NCBI GenBank assembly: GCA_044892525.1
Contig: CM097885.1
Span: 28,150,001 to 28,214,000 of the forward strand
Source of the DNA: Schmidtea polychroa
Lineage: Eukaryota
DNA length: 64,000 nucleotides
Direction of reading: 5' to 3'
Positions 58,385 to 64,000 of this stretch are shown one piece after another (position 1 is the first letter of the stretch; each line of letters opens with the position of its first letter). The position numbers and the translations under genes were made by a program. The notes beneath the pieces were generated by a model. It was not told the DNA's origin. It saw nothing but the letters and a program-made list of their open reading frames with translations, and did no database searches.

Positions 58385-58614
58385 TAAACTTTATTCTTTA
58401 TCACTTATTTACATGATCTCAAAAAAAATATGTGTAATTATTTTGAATGATAAATATTTGAATAGAAAAATTAAGCTAATACAAGTAAATTTTGCTCATA
58501 ATCTTTTTGTACATGATTTTGTGGTTTTATTAAAAACACGTGTAATTTATTTTAATAGAGAATTTTGTTCATTGGATTGTGTAGTACCTTTATAGAATTT
58601 TACACATATATATA

Positions 58615-61152
58615 AGTTTAATCCATCTTTAAATTTCTAAGCAAAATCTTGTAACAAACAATATATATTTAATCAAAAGATTTATAAATAACAAATTTTT
58701 CACAAAAACCGCCAACTCCAATTATTAAAACAAAAAGATATCTAACTATCCCCTTCTTAAGACTTTTTCCACTTCTTCAGCCACTCAACTCTTCTTTCTT
58801 TCGTCCCTTCTTATGAATGTAGTTCGACTCGATGAGGTGATAGAAATCTGACGATTTTATATGGGCCATCGTATTGCATACCATCCTTGCGCCTGTTCTG
58901 CGGCTCTTTACGTACGAGTACCTCCTCCCCCACCTCGAAAACACGAGTGCCCCTCTTTTTCTTATCCATAGCTCTCATAATGTCTGCGGATTTACTCGAG
59001 TTAAATCTCGCGTCTTCGATTCTTTCGCTTCTTGATATCTTGGCTTGTTTCAGATTAGAGTGTAGGTTAACACTCCGTCAATAAATTATCTCAAATGGTG
59101 ATAAACCTGTAACACTTTGTCGACTGCTATTTATAGTGAACTCTATTCTGGGTAGAAGTTCGTGCCAGTTTCTTTCTTCACATCCGCCTGCCAATGTTGC
59201 TGTAATAAGATCTTTTATTGTTCGTATGGCTCGTTCAGCTAAACCATTTGATTGGTGCTGGTAATGTGAGCTGAATTCCTGTTTGATTCCAAGTTTCTGT
59301 AGCTACTGTCTTAGGAAATTCCCTTCGAGATTTCGGCCTCTATCAGTTAAAATGCTCTTTGGTTTTCCAAATCGATAGATCCAACTATTAAGCATTGTTT
59401 TGAAAATTGTCTCTTCGTCTTGCTTTGTGATTGCAGTTAAAGAAATCAGTTTGCTAAAACGGTCCACCATTACTAGCATATATTTTTTATGGCGTTTATT
59501 TCCATGTAAGCCACTTCTATAACAATCTGTTCTAGGAATTCAGAGCTATATCTAGGAATAAATATTTCCTTGGTTCTTGTCTGGACGATCTTTCTCTTAG
59601 CGCAGATCTCGCAACTTCGTAAAAAGAGTTGGATTGTTTCTTGCATTTTCGGCCAATAAAATATCTTTTCCATATAATTAAATAATTTCTTAACTCCAAT
59701 GTGACATAGTTCTTCATGAAAGGTTGTTGCTAACAGGCCTGCAAATGTTTCTGTTCTTTTCTACTGTTATTAATCCTCAATTAATTAGTGTATTTTTTAC
59801 GTTAAAAGGAAAGCAATTCTTTTTCTCCCGCGTACACCCATTTTCCAACATCTCTCGCAGCTCTCGAAACCGAATGTCCTTTTGTTGTTGTTCCCATACT
59901 TTTTTCATAACTTCAGTTCTTAGGATAGTATATTTAAATCTAATCTTTGATTTTCCTTCCTTAGCTTCTTCATGTCTTGTTTGACACTGGGTGCAAATCA
60001 TACTTTTTAATCTTGATAGTCCATCTGCATTCGAGTGTTCTTCGCCTTTCCGATATTTTAGTTCAAAATCATATTCCGACAGGTTAACTAACCATGTTTG
60101 GAACTGCGGACTGATTGGCGTTTTTGTAGTGTTCATGAAAACCAATGCCTTGTGGTCGGTGCGAATTATGATTTTTTTTCCGTACAGATATTCTCTAAAA
60201 TGCATGACGTATTCATGTACGGCGAGCAGTTCCTTCCTGGTTACACAGTATCCCTTTTCATGTAATGACATATGTCCCGAGCCATATGCTATGACAGATT
60301 CTTCTCCATCTTCTGTAATTTGACTCAAAACTGAGCCAATGGCTCCGAAACTATCGTATGTGTCTAGGATAAAAGTCTTATCTTTTCTTGGAAAATCAAG
60401 GATAGGTGCTTCGTACAACCGTCTCTTCAGAGTTAGGAAGCTCTCATTGCATTCTTTAGTCCAGATGTTGCAGCGTATATTGGTTCGACAATTTTGGCAT
60501 AGTCTTTGATGAATCTTCTATAGTAGTTCGTTAATCCGAGAAACGATCTCAATTGTTTTGAACATTTTGGTACTTCTGCTTTCTCGATCTCTTCCACTTT
60601 CTTCCTGTTTGTCTGGATACCCTTCTCGTTAACTGTGTGACCAAGGAAACACAATTCTATTTTATTGAATTTGCATTTTTCTGGATTTATCTTCAGTCCT
60701 ACCATTTGAATTCTTCTGAATATTTCCCCTAATAGCTCATCGTGGTGTTTTTGACTTTTACCATATTCCAAGATATCATCTAGATAAAATACTACTCCCT
60801 TGAATAGCATTCCTTCTAGTATTGTGTGCAACCCTCTCTGGAATGTCGCAGGGGCTGTTGCTAAGCCAAACGGTAGTCTATTGAAGCAAAATTGTTCTTC
60901 TCTTGTACTGAATGCAGTCATTCCTTGATTTTCTGGAGTCAACTCGACTTGATAATACGCCTGACCTAAATCGATTGACGAAAATATTTTTGCATTCGTG
61001 AGACAGTGAAGTAAGAATTTGGTGTTAAGCATCGGAAATAACTCTTTTTCTGTTATGGAATTCAATCCACGATAATCTACACATATCCTGAAGTTTTTAA
61101 TTTTTCACAAAAACCGCCAACTCCAATTATTGAAACAAAAAGATATCTAACT
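58615..61152 (-). mobile_element. Ty3/gypsy retrotransposon with gag/protease deleted
   Basis: RT (CVDYRGLN, LPFGL..APATFQR, YLDD), RNase H (TRKELLAV, TDHKAL, ADGLSR) and integrase. PPT AAGAAGGGGA, a 133-bp 3' LTR at 58615-58747, and a 5' LTR stub at 61099-61152 fused to RT. Confidence 0.93.
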
Positions 61153-61779
61153 ATATATATATATATATTTTTATTAAAATTTATATAACATAAAATAAAT
61201 TAGATGAAATTAAATAATATTTTTGTCTGGGAATTTGAATATAATCTTTTAAAGTGTAATAATAAATATTTAGTTTATCTAGTTGATATACACAATTTAT
61301 TTTGTTGTCATAGTAAAAACAATCTTAAAACCTATCGGTGTAAAAATAATTGGGAAATATAAAACCAACACAGAATAGGTACTGAAAAGATACTATAAGT
61401 TTTCATTAATTTAGTAAATACAACTTTTGAAAAACAAAATATGGATGATTTAGAGAAAGATTGTGTACATATTTGTTGTAAAACATTAATTTTTTGTAAT
61501 AATAATCATTAAAGTAAACCTTAATTTTTATATGTTGAATAAAATAAGGAAGTTGCTAAAAGTAAATCATAAATTTGATAAATTTTTAATTTTTTAAAAA
61601 AATTTAATAAAGACTTTATAATAAATTTTAATAAATTATTGATTTAAATTGTAACAATTAATGCTTTTTATAAAAATGTATGTAATTGATTGATTTTTAA
61701 AGAAAACATTCAAAATTTGAGTGAATTGTTAAGAAATTGGTTGTTGAATAATGAATAATGCTTTTTGAAAAGTCAACTC

Positions 61780-62621
61780 TTGCAAATTTTTGGTATGCAA
61801 CTAGAACCATTCCCAAAGATAGCGTTGGAGGTACTTGTTCCATTTGCCACCACCTACCTACCTCTGCGAAGCAGGATTTTTAGCTCTAGTAAAAAACTAT
61901 CAAGAAAAAAACACCAACAAAGTTCACATTAAATATTGTGCAGTTGTGTGTGTTACTTAAATATATTTTGAATTGTAATTATTAAATATTAAATGTAGAA
62001 ATAAAGTTGTAATTATTTCATTTAATTTCATTTATATTTTTGATATTGCGTTTAATTTAACCCTGAGATCCCCCCGACAATTATATTCTATAGAAAGATT
62101 GACTGAGAACCACTTCTGATTATTTTGTATTCGGACTAATTTGTTCTGTATTCGTAATAATGAATAATCTAATTATATTCAGTGGATTGAATTTAGGAAA
62201 ACAATTCCGGATTATTTCGTTTCGTGTTGGTCTTATAATATTTAGTTCCGATTCAAATTTTATTTTCAGAATTTTTATTACTTTGCAATTCTTATGTTTC
62301 TTATTGATTTTTCTATTTTTACTATAGTAAATTATCGATATATAGTTTTTGATTTTTCATCTTTTTATGCAGTACGCGAAAACAAAACTAATAATCACAT
62401 TTGTATATCACAGTTGTATATGTGTTACATAAATATATTTTGAATTGTAATGATTAAATATTAAATGTAGAAATAAAGTTGTAATTATTTCATTTAATTT
62501 CATTTATATTTTTGAGATGGCGTTTAACTTAACCCTGAGATCCCCCGACAAATTTAGATGTGCTAAATCATTTTATAAAATTCAAAGAAGTGCGGGCTTT
62601 GACAAAGGTTAAGAACCCCTG
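61780..62621 (+). mobile_element. Buster-type hAT 3'-end fragments (composite)
   Basis: [21 protein letters not shown] fragment; a block of about 120 bp duplicated at 61960-62080 and 62430-62550; end GGTTAAGAACCCCTG. Confidence 0.8.
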
Positions 62622-63010
62622 GTTTAGACCGTCAAACCGATGAAAATCAGAAGATCACGTTACAAATTTAAATGTTTTACTAAAGTAAAAATGATACGTA
62701 TGTCCAGGCTTGATCTCATAATGACCATGAGAAGTATTTGAGGCGATAATGGCTCATGGATCAGAACCCTCACGTAATTCTACTCAGATGAAATTTAGAA
62801 ATTGTATTTATTTGGTCAATGAATCAAAAATGATGAAAAATTTCCAAATATATTTAACTCTTGTCAATTCTATTTGATCCAAATATTTTATAAATTATTT
62901 ATAATTTATTATTTTATATTTTCATCTAATAATAAATTAGACAAATATAAAATAAACAAATTGTATTACTATTTATAAAATCTAAAACATGAAATACAAA
63001 CCAAATAAAA

Positions 63011-63817
63011 ATGATAAATATTAGTGATAAATATAAATTCATTCAAACCCTTCACTCATCAGTAAAAGGTGAAGTATATATTGCTGAGAATAATTCCCAG
63101 AACAATAAAAGGAACAAAACTGTAGTGATTAAAAGAATCCACAAATCTGAAAATAGATTATTTGCACAGAATCCAAATTATCCATTTCGTATTCCACTGG
63201 AAATGCAATTTAATCAATTAATTAATGATGATGAAATTTGCCCTAAGATTCTTGATTTCTTTCAAGACGACAAAGAATTTTCAATTGTTATGGAACATTT
63301 GACTGGTAAATGGGTTGAACTAGGGGAATACATTATGGAGAAAAAGCGACAAGAAAGATGTGTTAAAAGAATTGTAGAAAATGTAATAATTGCCATTGAA
63401 AAATTAATCGATAAAGGCATTTATCATCTCGATATCAAACCTGAAAATATTATCATAAATAAAACAACATATCAGGTAAAGATTCTTGATTATGAAGATG
63501 CACTCGACGATGATGAGAATGATTATCCTGAAACTAACAGTTATTCTGGAACAATTGGTTATTGCAGTCCAGAGGCAATAAGCAGTCAAATTTATGATGT
63601 GAACAAAAGTGTTGTATTCATGTTAGGCGCTCTAATTTACAGTTGCATAGAAAGGAAACCTCCATATCTATTAAAAAACAATTGCTACGTTGAGGATATA
63701 ATATTTTTAAGGTGTTCAAAAACATTACAAAATTTAATTAAAAATTGTCTTGCTTCTAATCCGACAAAAAGAATGAAAATAAAGGAAATACGCAACGACA
63801 TTTGGTTTCAATCTTAA
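63011..63817 (+). CDS. Divergent Pim-like kinase, same protein sequence as 48237-49043
   Basis: Identical 268-aa translation in the ORF track; part of a ~1.9-kb inverted duplication. Confidence 0.9.
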   Translation: MINISDKYKFIQTLHSSVKGEVYIAENNSQNNKRNKTVVIKRIHKSENRLFAQNPNYPFRIPLEMQFNQLINDDEICPKILDFFQDDKEFSIVMEHLTGKWVELGEYIMEKKRQERCVKRIVENVIIAIEKLIDKGIYHLDIKPENIIINKTTYQVKILDYEDALDDDENDYPETNSYSGTIGYCSPEAISSQIYDVNKSVVFMLGALIYSCIERKPPYLLKNNCYVEDIIFLRCSKTLQNLIKNCLASNPTKRMKIKEIRNDIWFQS

Positions 63818-64000
63818 TTTTTATAATTCTGTGTTATTTTGTTAGTTTTTGCGTTGTTAGTTTTATTATATATTATTAAAAAGATTATTATTCAAGAATT
63901 TACTAAAAAATGATTTAATGATTCTTTATTATGAAGGGTGGTCAATTTTGAATTATAATTTCCGCTTAAATAATATGACCATTTATTAGTAGGGTATTGT

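Noticed and set aside
63989..64000. AGTAGGGTA near the window end as another Maverick terminus
   Set aside because: The match is too short and is cut off by the window edge.

Overview
Very AT-rich eukaryotic (metazoan-like) genomic DNA; the species cannot be determined from sequence alone. It is dominated by nested transposon debris and (AAT)n microsatellites, with four intronless, divergent Pim-like kinase genes, two of which form a near-identical inverted duplication. The main structure is a nested stack at 9.2-23.7 kb. (1) A BEL/Pao-derived non-autonomous LTR element (9398-23450, minus strand; PBS, PPT, TG..CA ends, 4/5 TSD) has two LTRs that share only a GCGTCTGTGTGCGC hairpin module and their tips, and carry different cargo: an intronless RNF115/126-like fragment in one, an unassigned ORF ending in a cold-shock-domain fragment in the other. 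(2) A 10.5-kb non-coding Maverick/Polinton-type element (10185-20666, perfect 6-bp TSD) that is almost entirely a fold-back palindrome sits in its 3' LTR. (3) A third hairpin-headed cassette with an in-frame Rab1-CCT3 chimera sits inside that element. Related Maverick material includes a 1.7-kb mini-element that keeps only the pPolB C-terminus and a degraded pPolB/ATPase remnant at 53.7-58.4 kb. Also present: hAT elements (Ac-like and Buster-like), hAT and piggyBac-type MITEs, and Ty3/gypsy remnants. All protein-family calls are from motif recognition by eye; no searches were run, and boundaries not defined by a TSD are approximate.
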